The notes below the pieces were generated by a model. It saw only the letters and a list, made by a program, of their open reading frames with translations. It searched no databases and was not told the DNA's origin. A stretch of 64,000 bases of DNA, from the NCBI GenBank assembly GCA_965223845.1, contig CBDCXR010000004.1:2464001-2528000 (forward strand), in the 5' to 3' direction. Origin of the DNA: Planctomycetota bacterium (lineage in GTDB: Bacteria; Planctomycetota; UBA8108; SXIK01). The position numbers were made by a program, and so were the translations under genes. Of the stretch, positions 17,633 through 28,154 are shown piece after piece; within the stretch, counting starts at the first letter, position 1, and every line of letters begins with the position of its first letter.

Positions 17633-18455
17633 ACGTGATCGCTCCGGCACGGTGTTAGTGGAGACGACACTGCAGATCGAGCGTCAAAAAGCACGTGGCT
17701 CGTCCCGGAGAGTCGAGGCATTCTTGTCTGGCTTTCGCTTCACGGCGACTTCGAGCTACTCCCGGCTGGAGTTCAAGCGAGCGTGGCTGCGCGATCTCGC
17801 CTATCTTCATGTCAAGTGTTCGAAGTGCAGTCGGCTGGAGGACGTAGAAGAAGCGATCCAAGAGAGCTTCGCGAAGCACCCCTCACAACGCCGCCGCCTC
17901 AATCGGTGCTGGCAAGCGCTTAACTCGTTCCAGAAGAGACTTCCCGGGTCGGAGCCCTACAACCAATCCGTTTTCCGGATTCGAATGCACATCGAAGAGG
18001 CGCTCCTAACCGCTTACGACTGGTGGGATGCGAGCGTCACGCATGAATACACGGGAACATCCTGCGTTCGCGCGGAAGAGAGGCCGATGAAAGGCAAAAA
18101 CGGGAGAATCGACTGCGCGATTCCCGATTGTAGCCCGAACAAGATCGCTTGCAGAATTCATGAGTTCTTCGTGCAGGATCAGTCGAAATTTGACGCAGTC
18201 GAGGAATTGGCGACTTCAGGCAAATGCGGCCCGTGCTCCTCAGAGCTTTCCTCCTCATTCGAATGCATGGAAAACGCGCGAAGAGACCCTAAGACTCTCT
18301 GCGATAACCGAGTCTGCGCAAAAATGGGCGACCTGATTATTGCGGTTGATGGAAGTGACATGGAGTGCTTCGCCGCGAACAATGACAACGAGTGGTCCGT
18401 GATCTCCCGAGCCCTAGGAAAAAAGCTCGAAAATCCCGTATCCGCGAAAGAATAG
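17625..18455 (+). CDS. Divergent PIN-like domain protein with Cys-rich insertion
   Basis: [26 protein letters not shown] and FAANNDNEW match the spacing of PIN catalytic motifs. Confidence 0.5.
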   Translation: MTKRDRSGTVLVETTLQIERQKARGSSRRVEAFLSGFRFTATSSYSRLEFKRAWLRDLAYLHVKCSKCSRLEDVEEAIQESFAKHPSQRRRLNRCWQALNSFQKRLPGSEPYNQSVFRIRMHIEEALLTAYDWWDASVTHEYTGTSCVRAEERPMKGKNGRIDCAIPDCSPNKIACRIHEFFVQDQSKFDAVEELATSGKCGPCSSELSSSFECMENARRDPKTLCDNRVCAKMGDLIIAVDGSDMECFAANNDNEWSVISRALGKKLENPVSAKE

Positions 18456-18471
18456 ACTGCCGCCTGTTGCC

Positions 18472-19794
18472 CGTCGTGTCCAAAAACTCAACCGAGTCGT
18501 AAACCACGTGTCGAACCGAGTTTGCTCCCGGGCCGTTCGCCCGATTAGCATCGGAAGTATGAACACGATTCACCCTTGGCAGCTGCTGCTGATCACCGTG
18601 GTCGGCTGGATCAATCGCCACCAGCAAGGAATCATCGGCTACCTCGTTGAGGAGAACCGAGTCCTCAAGCGGCAACTCGGCGGCAGGCGTGTTCGCCTGA
18701 CCGATGACGAGCGCCGTCGATTGGCGGTAAAGGGCAAGGCCCTCGGACGTCGCCTTTTGGGCGAGGTCGCGACGATCGTTACGCCAGACACGATTCTCGC
18801 CTGGTATCGACATTTTGATCGCTCGGAAATGGGATTACTCCGACCGAAGAAGGCCCGGACGACCAAGAACGAAGGCCGAGCTTTCGGACCTCGTGGTCCG
18901 CATGGCGCGAGAGAATCCGACGTGGGGATACACGAGGATCCAAGGAGCGCTTGCCCACGTCGGTCACGAGCTCTCGCGAGGAACGATCGCCAACATCCTG
19001 AAGGAGAATGGGATCGAGCCCACGTTCGAGCGAACGAAACGAACGCCCGTTTCTGCGAGCTCACTGGGACGTGCTCGCCGCGGCCGACTTCTTCACCGTC
19101 GAGGTCGCTCGACCCACGGGTTTGATCTCGTACTACGTGCTGTTCGTCATGGAGTTGAAGACCCGACGGGTCCACGTAGCGGGCATCTCCCCCACTCCGG
19201 ACTCGCGCTTCATGCTCCAGGTCGGCCGTGGCCTCACGGACGCCTTCGATGGCTTTCTTCTCGGCAAGCAACTTCTGATTCTCGATCGCGACGCGAAGTA
19301 CACCGGGGATTTTCGCGAGATCTTGACCGGTGCTGGGGTGAGCGTCGTACGCTTGCCCGCGCGATCGCCGAACCTGAACGCCTACGCCGAGCGATTCGTC
19401 TTGTCGATCAAGAGCGAGTGCCTCGATCGAATGATCTTCTTCACGGAGGAGTCGCTTCGACGCGCCGTCAGGTCGTTCGTCGATCACTATCACCGAGAAC
19501 GATGTCACCAGGGGCTCGGCAACAATTTGATTGATGGTGATCCCGAACGTGCACATGGCAGACTCCAATGTCGCGAACGGCTCGGTGGTCTGCTCCGGTA
19601 CTACTACCGGCAGGCGGCGTAGATCGCACCGTCTCCTCTTTCCTCTCGCGGTCGAGCCTCTCGCCGGTATTTGCTGCGTGATTTCGACGACCAGTTGGCC
19701 GATTGATCGATTCCGTTGAGATTCGAGATCGTCTACGTCGATAAGCTTCGGTCAGTTCGGGAATTTCACGTCCGATGAGTTTTTGGACAGGACG
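18472..19794 (+). mobile_element. Insertion sequence (rve integrase-core, IS481/IS3-like) with 19-bp terminal inverted repeats
   Basis: Left CGTCGTGTCCAAAAACTCA (18472-18490) matches the reverse complement of right TGAGTTTTTGGACAGGACG (19776-19794) at 18/19. Confidence 0.85.
18559..19622 (+). pseudogene. Integrase-core transposase with two frameshifts
   Basis: Split over three frames: [16 protein letters not shown] / [16 protein letters not shown] / [29 protein letters not shown]. Confidence 0.85.
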
Positions 19795-19851
19795 TCCAAG
19801 CCACAACCTAGCCCGATCGTGTGGCAGCAATCCGCGACAAGGGCATCTGCA

Positions 19852-20895
19852 TCAACAAGACGGATCCTCACACCCGAGCGATGTGTCCGGATCGGGATCG
19901 GCGCCACACACATTCGGTCCGGGAGCCGGGGGAGGGGGAGCTGTCCCGCCGAACAGGAAGCCCAGCACGAAAAGAGGGTCGGATATGTTCGTCAAGGCGT
20001 CGCCGTTGGCGTCACATGCTTCCTCACAACGTGGTGCCGCCGCGTCGCTGAACAGCCGATTCAAATGAAAAACCGCATCTGTGATGTTTAAGTGTCCGTC
20101 ACTGTTGCAATCTCCGCGTCGAAACAGCGGGCCATCGTTGCACGCGATGTCACAGGAGACGGACACGATGCCGCCGCGATACATCGCCTCTCTCACACCA
20201 TCTGCTGCTTCTAAGAACCCGATGACCGTGATCTCATGCTGCCCGGGGAGCGTGTGAGGAAAGCGCGCTTCACTATCTGTTCCATCGACGACCTGCTCCG
20301 GTCCATCATCGTCGAGGAGCACAAGCTGAAACGACGGAGGCGCCGCCGACACCGTCCAACTCGCGCGCAGAACGCACGTGCCGTCGCCCTCACCAGTGCT
20401 CGCACCACAGGCGATGTCCGTGGAATCCGAAAACGGCTGCTCGGGAAGAATCTCGAGAGACCCTACTGCATGTACAGGATCTTCAACACCGGTTTCCTCC
20501 ACACGAAAGTCGTGAGCGCCGACGTCGAGGGAGTCCAAGAAGACCAAGGAGATCGGTGCCGATCTCGGGTTTTCCACCTCCCCCACGTCACTACCGTCGA
20601 CGAGTATTCGCAGTGTCGTTGCGAGCATCGAGCCCGGCTCCCAGATCAGCAGCGCAACATTGCCATGCAAGGTATGGCTGTAATCCGTCTGAACGACGGT
20701 CAGTGATTCGCCGTCAGCTCTCTTGCGGCCAGGTGCGCTCCGCCGCCGAGGGACGAGGCTCGCCCAGCGCTGCTCACCTGCGCTCGAGTGTCGAACCCGA
20801 ACACCCAGATCGTCGTGACGATCGGCCGAAGGCAGAGGGGAGGCAGACGCAAGAAGGACTACCAGGATGAAGCTGAGCGAATGTCGCTGGCTCAT
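19852..20895 (-). CDS. Secreted protein with C-terminal dockerin-like module
   Basis: Signal peptide; FRRGDCNSDG..NITDAV..CDANGD..NISDP..CGADPD..LGC. Confidence 0.7.
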   Translation of the reverse strand: MSQRHSLSFILVVLLASASPLPSADRHDDLGVRVRHSSAGEQRWASLVPRRRSAPGRKRADGESLTVVQTDYSHTLHGNVALLIWEPGSMLATTLRILVDGSDVGEVENPRSAPISLVFLDSLDVGAHDFRVEETGVEDPVHAVGSLEILPEQPFSDSTDIACGASTGEGDGTCVLRASWTVSAAPPSFQLVLLDDDGPEQVVDGTDSEARFPHTLPGQHEITVIGFLEAADGVREAMYRGGIVSVSCDIACNDGPLFRRGDCNSDGHLNITDAVFHLNRLFSDAAAPRCEEACDANGDALTNISDPLFVLGFLFGGTAPPPPAPGPNVCGADPDPDTSLGCEDPSC

Positions 20896-20989
20896 GATGC
20901 CCACCATGTTTAGTGAAACACGACAGCACTCGACGTGAATCCGACAAGGAGAGCGACCTGCTCGCGGCAGGCCGCTCTCCTTGAATAAA

Positions 20990-23900
20990 TCAGAACTGTA
21001 CGTCGACATCTCCGTTGAAGTCGCAGCTGTCGACGTTGAATCCCACGGTTCGGGTTTCACGTTTCGCGTCGATCACTGCGGTCACCGAAACCTGGTAGAA
21101 ACCAGGCAGAAGCTGGATCGGATTCGACACCGTCCCGTACTCCCGGTGGAAATCGAAAGGCGGACACGGCAGAGTCGGAACGACGTCCTCGACGGGCACG
21201 TCTTGCACCACGTCGATACTGTCCAGACCGGCTGCCGTCCTGTTGCGGTTGGCGTTGATCCGCATGAGGTGAACCTTCTCCACCGCTTCAAGCGGAACGC
21301 CGCCTAGTGTCGCGACAACGCGAGCACCCGTCTTGACACCTTCTCCGCAGAGCGAACGCGTGACCGTTGTCGCGTCGCCGGTGACGGGGTCGGAGACGTA
21401 CGTGATCGAGATCTCTCCGAGTCGGGACCTTCCCACCTCCGTCGGCGAGAATGCGATGCGGAAGTCACCAGCGCCCACGATTTGCCCTGTCTGCAATACG
21501 ATCGGCATTGTGGGCAGCGCTACGAGCGAGTACTCGTCGGGATTCACGCTGATCGAGACGTCGGTAATTGTGAGATTACAGGTGCCCGAATTGAGAATCG
21601 GGAAGGGCAACCCACTCACGCAGGGTGCGATCGGCTGAATGACCGTCGCTGGGAACGCTAGGTCGTCAGGAACGCCGATCTCCGGCGCCGGGGTCGTTGC
21701 TGTTACCGTGAGCTCGATCACGGGTGTGTCCGGATCGTTGCTGACTATGCGGATCGTACAGGTGTGAGTCCCCACCTCAGTCGGCGTGTAGCGAATCGTA
21801 ACCGGCACGCAGAAGTCGTGGCTGACGGGGCGGGGGAATGGATTGTTTACGATTTCGAAGTCGTCGCACGGAGGAACGAAGGACACTGACGACACTTCGA
21901 GGTTGCTGAGCCCAAAGTTGCAGATGTGGAACTCTTTTTCCGCTTGTTCGTCCGGGCAAACGACGCCGAAGTCCGTCGAGCCTGTCACGCCGATATCTGG
22001 AGGCGGGGAATCCCCAGCGACGTCGATGTCGATCGTGGGTTGATCTGGGTCGTCCGTAGTGACGCGGAAGGTCGCCACCTGCGGCCCGAACACTGTCGGC
22101 TTGAACTGCAGAGGAATACCGACGTGCGCGTCGGGTCCGAGGATGATCGGGAACGGATCATCACCCGGGATTGTGCCGACAGAGAAGTCTGGGCCACCGG
22201 CGATCCGTACGACATCGATGATCTCGAGATCGCACGTCCCTTGGTTGAGCAGCTCTAGCGTCAGCACGCGATCTGAGTCAGAAGGAACATCGCCGAAATC
22301 ACCGCCAGCTTCGAGCGTCGCGTTGATGTCGGGGACGCCACCCTCGCCCGTCATCTCCAGATCGAGGACGGGCTCATCCCCGTCGTTCGACTCTATCCGC
22401 AGCGTGCCCGCCTTGAGTCCAGGAGAGCTCGCCGCGAACCGCACGGTGACGTCGATGTGACTTCCGGGTCTGACGATAAACGGCTGCGTTGGGTGATCCA
22501 GGACCGAGAAGTCGAGAGCACCGGCCACGACGGACACGCTGTCGACGAGAAGATCGGCACCGCCGATGTTGAAGATCGAGACGCGTGACTCCTCGAAGCT
22601 GTCCTCACAGGTGATGTTGAAATCGAGCGGAGCGTTGACACGAAGGTCGGGCTCATCGTCGAGTGAAAACGGTGCATTGGCGACGAGAGCGTAGTTCTGC
22701 GGCCCGTCGGGAACCGAAGTTCCTCTGACGCGGACGGTCCAGAATCCTTGCGCAGCGGCCGTCACCTGCAAGTTCTCGACCGTGTCGATCGTGTTGGGCC
22801 CCGTTGCCGTAGCATTGTTCGTGACGTTCACGGTTCCCGGGCCCGTGAACGGAAACCAGATGCCGCCGTCGGGATCTTCAGCTTCGACATCGAGATCGTT
22901 GACGATGTCATTCGCGGCGTTCGCAGCGACACCTTCGGGATCGATCCAGTTGAGCGTCAGCCGCAAGTTCCCAAGGTCGCCGGGAACGGCGAGCAGATAC
23001 TCGTCGACGTCGTCTTGGTCGACCGATCCCGTGATGATGCGTACCGCCCCGGCATCGATCGTGTTGACGGCCGCGAGCGCATCGAGAAGACCGTGCCCGA
23101 ACAGATAGTCGGGACCCGGACGGCCAAGATCCTGGGCCGTGTTCACGAGAAGCGCTTTGACGACGTCCGGCGATGGGTCTGCGCCGGCGTACTGGTCGCG
23201 ATAGCGTTCGACGAGAAGCGCCGTCGTTCCCGCCACCGTCGGCGAGGCCATGGATGTACCGCTCTTGGCGTCGTAGAGTCCACCCATGCCGGCCGGATCG
23301 GTAGCAGGCGGGCAAGAAGCGGCGTCGGCGGGATCGCACGTCGACTGCAGGTTGACACCGGTTGCCACCACGTCGGGTTTGATGCGTCCGTCGTCCGCGG
23401 GACCAGCAGAGCTAAACGCTGCTATCGCTGTCGGCGTCACGTCGATGACTGCGCCGACGGTGATGATGTTTTTCGAGTTTCCGTGCGTGCCTAGCGTGTC
23501 GTACTGCTGACCATCGGCGCCGGTTGTTCCGTCGCAGTCGCCGGGAGGATTCGGATTGCAGTCGTTCCGGTCGTTGCCAGCCGCTTTTACAACGATCAAG
23601 CCCGTGTCCTGGACAAGATCATCCCAGTCGGCGGCAACACTGTCGTACTGGCCAAAGAGGTTCTGATTGCCGGTCTGCGACGTCACTCCGCCTTGCGTGT
23701 CCCACCCAATGATCGATCCCCACGAGTGGTTGGCGATCACGATGTCATTGTCGTCGACAGCGTCGTCCTGCTCGGTCGCCGGGTCGTCACCAAAATCGTA
23801 GGAGAAGAGCTGGCCGGCGTTCGGCGCCATGCCCTCGCCGGCGGCGAAGTTGGCACCGCTGCTGATCATGGTTCCCGCGACGTGCGTTGCGTGGCCGCTA

Positions 23901-25030
23901 GCGGCTTGATCGTTCTCGACGACGGTTACACGCGGTGTCAGATCGGCGTGGGTCGCTAGGACGGGACCTCCATCCCACATCCCGATGACTACTCCTGTTC
24001 CGTCGAGATTGAACGGAGGTGCTTGGATGTCATCGACATTGGAGTTCTGTTGCGATACGACGTTGAATTCTCGCGGTGGCGGTGCGATCTCGGCGATCGA
24101 CCGGACAGCGGCGTCGGTCGCGAGTCTGGCGATCTGTGCAGCGTCGACTCGCGCCATAAACCGCTCGTTGAACAGGAGTCGGCTGCGATCGCCCACCTGG
24201 ACGCCGTAGCTGTCGACGACGCGCAGGGCGTGCGCCAGAGACACGTCTTCGTAGAATCGCAGATCGACCGACCAGGTTTGGTCTGCGTTCACGACATGTT
24301 CGCTGACGTTTCCGTAGAAAAGCGCAGCGGTGACTTTGTCTGCGGGCTCCACTAACTCGACGCCGCGGATGAGCGGATGACCATACAGCGCTTGCAACGC
24401 CCTGGAGTTGACCTTTGCCAGGTACGTCGTTCGCGCAATCGATTGATAGAAGCGCACGCCAGAGCGCACGAGACTAGCGCGCTCCCTGCCGCGCAGAGGT
24501 CTCGAGAATTGCACATAGACCTCACTGCGGCCAACCGGAGAGTCTATGGGTGTGGTGAGATTTGGAAGGAGGAATCTTGCACCGACATCCACAAGAAATG
24601 CTCTGTCTTCTGCGGAAGCCTGCGCTTGAACGATCGCTCGCGCGTCCTCGTTGAAGGCGTCCGCTCTGAACGGACTCTGCGCGGGCGAGCAAGCGACGGG
24701 AGCAGGGCCGCCACCAAATAAGGTCTGCGTGAGGTGGACGACGTCGGCGAGATTGATGTTGCCGTCGCCATCGACGTCGCCGTTCTGAACTCCTTCACTC
24801 GTCTCGCTGCAGGGAACCGGCGGCGGTCCTCCAGTGTAGAGATAGCGAAGGATATGAACCACATCGCCGATGTCGATATGCCCGTCGTTGTTCGCGTCCC
24901 CGTTTCGCGGCGGATCGAGATTGGTGGGCGAGGCTAGCGTCTGCGCCGTCAGCGGTGTCGCGAAACACGCAACTCCAACAGCCAGGCTCCAAACGAAACT
25001 CGGAATCGTCCTATCGGCCCGTAGCATCAT
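20990..25030 (-). CDS. Secreted S8 subtilase with N-terminal dockerin-like module and C-terminal Ig-like (choice-of-anchor D/ASH) repeats
   Basis: Catalytic triad WDGG / HATHVAG / GTSMASP, oxyanion AAGN, RIKPD; NGDANNDG repeats; repeated IFNIG..DL..SND units; AAGGAGG RBS before 25030. Confidence 0.9.
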   Translation of the reverse strand: MMLRADRTIPSFVWSLAVGVACFATPLTAQTLASPTNLDPPRNGDANNDGHIDIGDVVHILRYLYTGGPPPVPCSETSEGVQNGDVDGDGNINLADVVHLTQTLFGGGPAPVACSPAQSPFRADAFNEDARAIVQAQASAEDRAFLVDVGARFLLPNLTTPIDSPVGRSEVYVQFSRPLRGRERASLVRSGVRFYQSIARTTYLAKVNSRALQALYGHPLIRGVELVEPADKVTAALFYGNVSEHVVNADQTWSVDLRFYEDVSLAHALRVVDSYGVQVGDRSRLLFNERFMARVDAAQIARLATDAAVRSIAEIAPPPREFNVVSQQNSNVDDIQAPPFNLDGTGVVIGMWDGGPVLATHADLTPRVTVVENDQAASGHATHVAGTMISSGANFAAGEGMAPNAGQLFSYDFGDDPATEQDDAVDDNDIVIANHSWGSIIGWDTQGGVTSQTGNQNLFGQYDSVAADWDDLVQDTGLIVVKAAGNDRNDCNPNPPGDCDGTTGADGQQYDTLGTHGNSKNIITVGAVIDVTPTAIAAFSSAGPADDGRIKPDVVATGVNLQSTCDPADAASCPPATDPAGMGGLYDAKSGTSMASPTVAGTTALLVERYRDQYAGADPSPDVVKALLVNTAQDLGRPGPDYLFGHGLLDALAAVNTIDAGAVRIITGSVDQDDVDEYLLAVPGDLGNLRLTLNWIDPEGVAANAANDIVNDLDVEAEDPDGGIWFPFTGPGTVNVTNNATATGPNTIDTVENLQVTAAAQGFWTVRVRGTSVPDGPQNYALVANAPFSLDDEPDLRVNAPLDFNITCEDSFEESRVSIFNIGGADLLVDSVSVVAGALDFSVLDHPTQPFIVRPGSHIDVTVRFAASSPGLKAGTLRIESNDGDEPVLDLEMTGEGGVPDINATLEAGGDFGDVPSDSDRVLTLELLNQGTCDLEIIDVVRIAGGPDFSVGTIPGDDPFPIILGPDAHVGIPLQFKPTVFGPQVATFRVTTDDPDQPTIDIDVAGDSPPPDIGVTGSTDFGVVCPDEQAEKEFHICNFGLSNLEVSSVSFVPPCDDFEIVNNPFPRPVSHDFCVPVTIRYTPTEVGTHTCTIRIVSNDPDTPVIELTVTATTPAPEIGVPDDLAFPATVIQPIAPCVSGLPFPILNSGTCNLTITDVSISVNPDEYSLVALPTMPIVLQTGQIVGAGDFRIAFSPTEVGRSRLGEISITYVSDPVTGDATTVTRSLCGEGVKTGARVVATLGGVPLEAVEKVHLMRINANRNRTAAGLDSIDVVQDVPVEDVVPTLPCPPFDFHREYGTVSNPIQLLPGFYQVSVTAVIDAKRETRTVGFNVDSCDFNGDVDVQF

Positions 25031-25618
25031 GCGGTCCCTCCTTCGAGTCCATGACTCGACAAACCAAACCATTGCTACAAGGCACGTTCTCCACACAGCA
25101 CTCGCTGTGATAAGCGCGCGCCTTCACCCCATACCGATGACCAAAGAGGCGGCTGCAGAGCGCCACTTGCAACGGCTGCGATCGATCCTCAGTCGCCCGT
25201 TGCGTTTTCCACACGCCGCATTAGAGCACGATACCTGACCGAGTGTGACGCGCAATTACGTCAAATCTTTGATGCGAGCGTCTCGCGACGCGCGGGGCAT
25301 CGAGCGTCGTGGCGATACAAGACTGTTCGTTGCTATCTTTTGCGACGCCGCGCGTGAAAATCCTCGACGGCGGGGGGCTCCTGGGCAGATCGCAGGTGAC
25401 GTCTTGCCACGGGCGTGGAGCGTTACGTCAAGCCGGGTGGATTCAGAGACGGAGAGTCCTACTCCGCTTGCGCGTCGGTCCTGCAGCTGTCTCCAATTGC
25501 GCGTTCCGGCTAGTGCCGGCAACTCGCGACGTCCGCGCAGCCGAGCGCCTCGTCCGTCGGTCTCGGCCCGGGGGTCGCTCGGGTACACTGACGGCACTGT
25601 CCTCCTCGGAGTGCCGCC

Positions 25619-25831
25619 GTGTCCGCGATCGACTGGTCCATCGTCGCCCTCATCGATCTCCTCGTCATCGCGTACGGCTGGTACCTCGCGCGCGGCACAC
25701 GGACGAGCGGCGAATGGTTCCTCGCTCGCCGCGCGCTGCCGTGGTGGGCGGTCGGCGTGTCGATGTTCGCGGCTGACCTCGACATCGCGGATCTCGTTTC
25801 GCTCGCTGGCCTGCCCGGGCGCCGGACGTGA
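25619..25831 (+). pseudogene. 5' fragment of a sodium:solute symporter gene
   Basis: IDWSIV..EWFLARRALPWWAVGVSMFA..LVSLAG is the SSS-family N-terminus, truncated at about 70 aa. Confidence 0.8.
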
Positions 25832-25859
25832 CGGGAGATGGTCAAGAGCGGACGGTTAC

Positions 25860-26030
25860 GATTCTTGGAAGATCAAAGTAAAAGATGAGCCTCATCTCTG
25901 GCGCCAAGTGCGTAAGGCCAACGTGCTCGACTTCTCGAATTGGGAGGCGCGGTTCGCAGAGCAGTTCAAGGAACTCGTCAAGTCCGCGAAGCTGTACTAC
26001 GCACCGAACGCGAAGGAACCGACGTCGTGA
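25860..26030 (+). pseudogene. 3' fragment of a second TIR gene
   Basis: DSWKIKVKDEPHLWRQVRKANVLDFSNW..YYAPNAKE aligns with KSWEPKVEAEPVLWRQVQRCNVLDFSEW..YYAPKAKE of 13972-15186. Confidence 0.85.
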
Positions 26031-26473
26031 CCTGGTCCACCGACCGAAAGATCCTGAACCTCCACCGCGATCTCGGGATCGAACAGCAAGAACTCGCCGA
26101 GCTAGCCGGCATCACGCCGTCGGCGACGTCGGAAATCGAGAGGATGGAGTTTGGCCGGAATCCGCGGGCCGAGGTGCTGCGCGGCGTCGCTCGAGCGCTG
26201 TGGGTGACGGCGGACTACCTGCTTGAAGAGAGCGCGCCCTACCCTCCGACGGTTGGGGAGGATGCTCCGAAGGTCGAGCGGCCGAGGGAGATGGTTGAGA
26301 TGCGGGCGTCGGCCGAGGGGCGGGCGCACTTACGGGCTATGCGGAACCGACCGGTCGAGGCTCTTCGCGTGGCGAGGGCGGTTTTGGCGGCTGGTGAGCG
26401 GGGGCTGGTTGGTGGGGTTCGAGCGTTGGGCGAGAAGGGAACGAACGATGCCAGAGAAGGAAACGGGCCGTAG
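26027..26473 (+). CDS. XRE-family HTH regulator (copy 2)
   Basis: GTGA overlap with the TIR fragment; RKILNL..GIEQQELA..ARALWVTADYLL..APYPP.VGED nearly identical to copy 1. Confidence 0.8.
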   Translation: MTWSTDRKILNLHRDLGIEQQELAELAGITPSATSEIERMEFGRNPRAEVLRGVARALWVTADYLLEESAPYPPTVGEDAPKVERPREMVEMRASAEGRAHLRAMRNRPVEALRVARAVLAAGERGLVGGVRALGEKGTNDAREGNGP

Positions 26474-27896
26474 ACGCGGCGACAGCTTCATGCCGTTCGC
26501 ACTGGGCGTGCTGACGGCTCTTCTCGTTGGAGTGCCGTTCACGATCTTCGGGCTGCACTTCCTGCGAGACAACGTGACGATGCTCGCAGTCGTCGCGGCG
26601 ATTTGCCTCGTGCTGTGCGGTCTCGTGTTCGCGTTCGTCTACGTGTTTCGCGAACGGATCTTCAATTGGTTCGGCGATCGCATGGGGCGCGGGGTCGTCG
26701 ACGTTCACCAGGCCGTGTCGGACGCAGTCGGTGACGTGGTGAACGGTGAATACAAGGCCGCAGCTCGCAAGGTCGACGTCGCGGCCGGCAGGTTTCTCAC
26801 GGCGTTCGCGTGGTTTCGGGCGCGGCAATTCCTTCTCATGGCGACCGTTGGGACGTGCGGAGCGTTTGCCGCTCTGATCGCCGATACTCTCCTCTTTCGG
26901 CAGAATGAACTGGTCGGAAAGCAGAACGGTCTTATCGAGCTCCAGAACAACACGCTCCTCGGACAGACGCGGCTGCTGGATATGCAGACGCAGTTCGCGA
27001 TCCGGCAGACGAGCCTGCTCGACGCACAAAATGTGCTGATCGAGGAACAGAACAAAGCGTTGCAGGATCAGCTGAAACAATTCGAGGAGCAGGACTATCG
27101 GGCGCGTAAAGCCCAGCTGGTTGCGACGCTGTACGACACGGAGGAATCGGGGCCGTTCGGTTTTCCCGGCCCAAAGGCGAGCGTTCGGGCCCGGGCGGAG
27201 GCAGCGAAGGCGCTTGTGGAGATCGAGAGGGGGCGCGACGACAGTGCGGATCTCTCGAATGCCGATCTGTCGGGTGCGAACCTCAGCGGCGCGAACCTCA
27301 GCGGCGCGAACCTCAGCGGCGCGAAACTCAGCGGCGCGAAACTCAGCCGAGCCGACCTCAGCGGCGCGAAACTCAGCGGCGCGGACCTCTTCCGCGCGAA
27401 TATGGAGGCAGCGAACCTCAGCGGCACGGACTTAGACAGAGCGGACCTCAGAGACGCGATCCTCTTCGAAGCGAATCTCAGCGACTCGACCCTCGCCGAA
27501 GCGGACCTCAGCGGCGCGATTCTCGTCCAAGCGGCCCTCGAAGGCGCGAAGTTACACCGCGCAGACCTCAGCCGCGCGAATCTCTCAGGCGCGATTCTCC
27601 GCCACGCGATCCTATCCACGGCGACCCTCAGCGAAGTGGACCTCGATGCGGCGGACCTCAGCGACGCGACTCTCGTCGAAGCGAACCTCAGCGGCGCGAA
27701 CCTGAAATCCGCGAGCCTCATCAGGGCGGACCTCAGTCGAGCGAACCTTCGCGGCGCGAATCTCAGCCCGCTAACACGGTATAGAGAATCAATCTGGGCC
27801 GGCGCCAACATCACGGGAATTAAGGACCCACCCGAGGGCCTCGCGGGGCATGCGCTGTCGCAAGGGGCCATCGCGGGCGCGACGGACGAGGAGTGA
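26448..27896 (+). CDS. Membrane protein (3 TM, coiled coil) with pentapeptide repeats
   Basis: Hydrophobic segments, QN-rich coiled coil, about 35 A(D/N)LS-type pentapeptides; start re-assigned to MPEKE. Confidence 0.85.
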   Translation: MPEKETGRRRGDSFMPFALGVLTALLVGVPFTIFGLHFLRDNVTMLAVVAAICLVLCGLVFAFVYVFRERIFNWFGDRMGRGVVDVHQAVSDAVGDVVNGEYKAAARKVDVAAGRFLTAFAWFRARQFLLMATVGTCGAFAALIADTLLFRQNELVGKQNGLIELQNNTLLGQTRLLDMQTQFAIRQTSLLDAQNVLIEEQNKALQDQLKQFEEQDYRARKAQLVATLYDTEESGPFGFPGPKASVRARAEAAKALVEIERGRDDSADLSNADLSGANLSGANLSGANLSGAKLSGAKLSRADLSGAKLSGADLFRANMEAANLSGTDLDRADLRDAILFEANLSDSTLAEADLSGAILVQAALEGAKLHRADLSRANLSGAILRHAILSTATLSEVDLDAADLSDATLVEANLSGANLKSASLIRADLSRANLRGANLSPLTRYRESIWAGANITGIKDPPEGLAGHALSQGAIAGATDEE

Positions 27897-27904
27897 ACAC
27901 TTCG

Positions 27905-28021
27905 ATGAAGACGAAGACCAAAGCCAAGCTCGCCCTCTGGCTGCTAAAGCACCGGAAGTGGCTAGTTCCGGCGGGGATTGTGATTGCGGCGGGCGTAGTT
28001 TGGTGGGTCTGGGGGCGTTAG
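27905..28021 (+). CDS. 38-aa membrane peptide (copy 2), absent from ORF track
   Basis: MKTKTKAKLALWLLKHRKWLVPAGIVIAAGVVWWVWGR; GAGGAG upstream. Confidence 0.7.
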   Translation: MKTKTKAKLALWLLKHRKWLVPAGIVIAAGVVWWVWGR

Positions 28022-28113
28022 CGTCGGCCAGCCTGAGGATCGACCGGCGGCGGCAGGAAACTCAGAACAGCCGCGATTCGTCGGGACCTGGAAGAACCCG
28101 TGCGGAATCGAGA

Positions 28114-28154
28114 TTGATTCGACTCCCCCACGTCGCCTACCGTGAGTAGGTCGT
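28114..28154 (+). promoter_or_regulatory. Repeated promoter-like element (copy 1)
   Basis: TTGATT-18bp-TACCGT followed by GAGTAGGTCGT. Confidence 0.45.
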
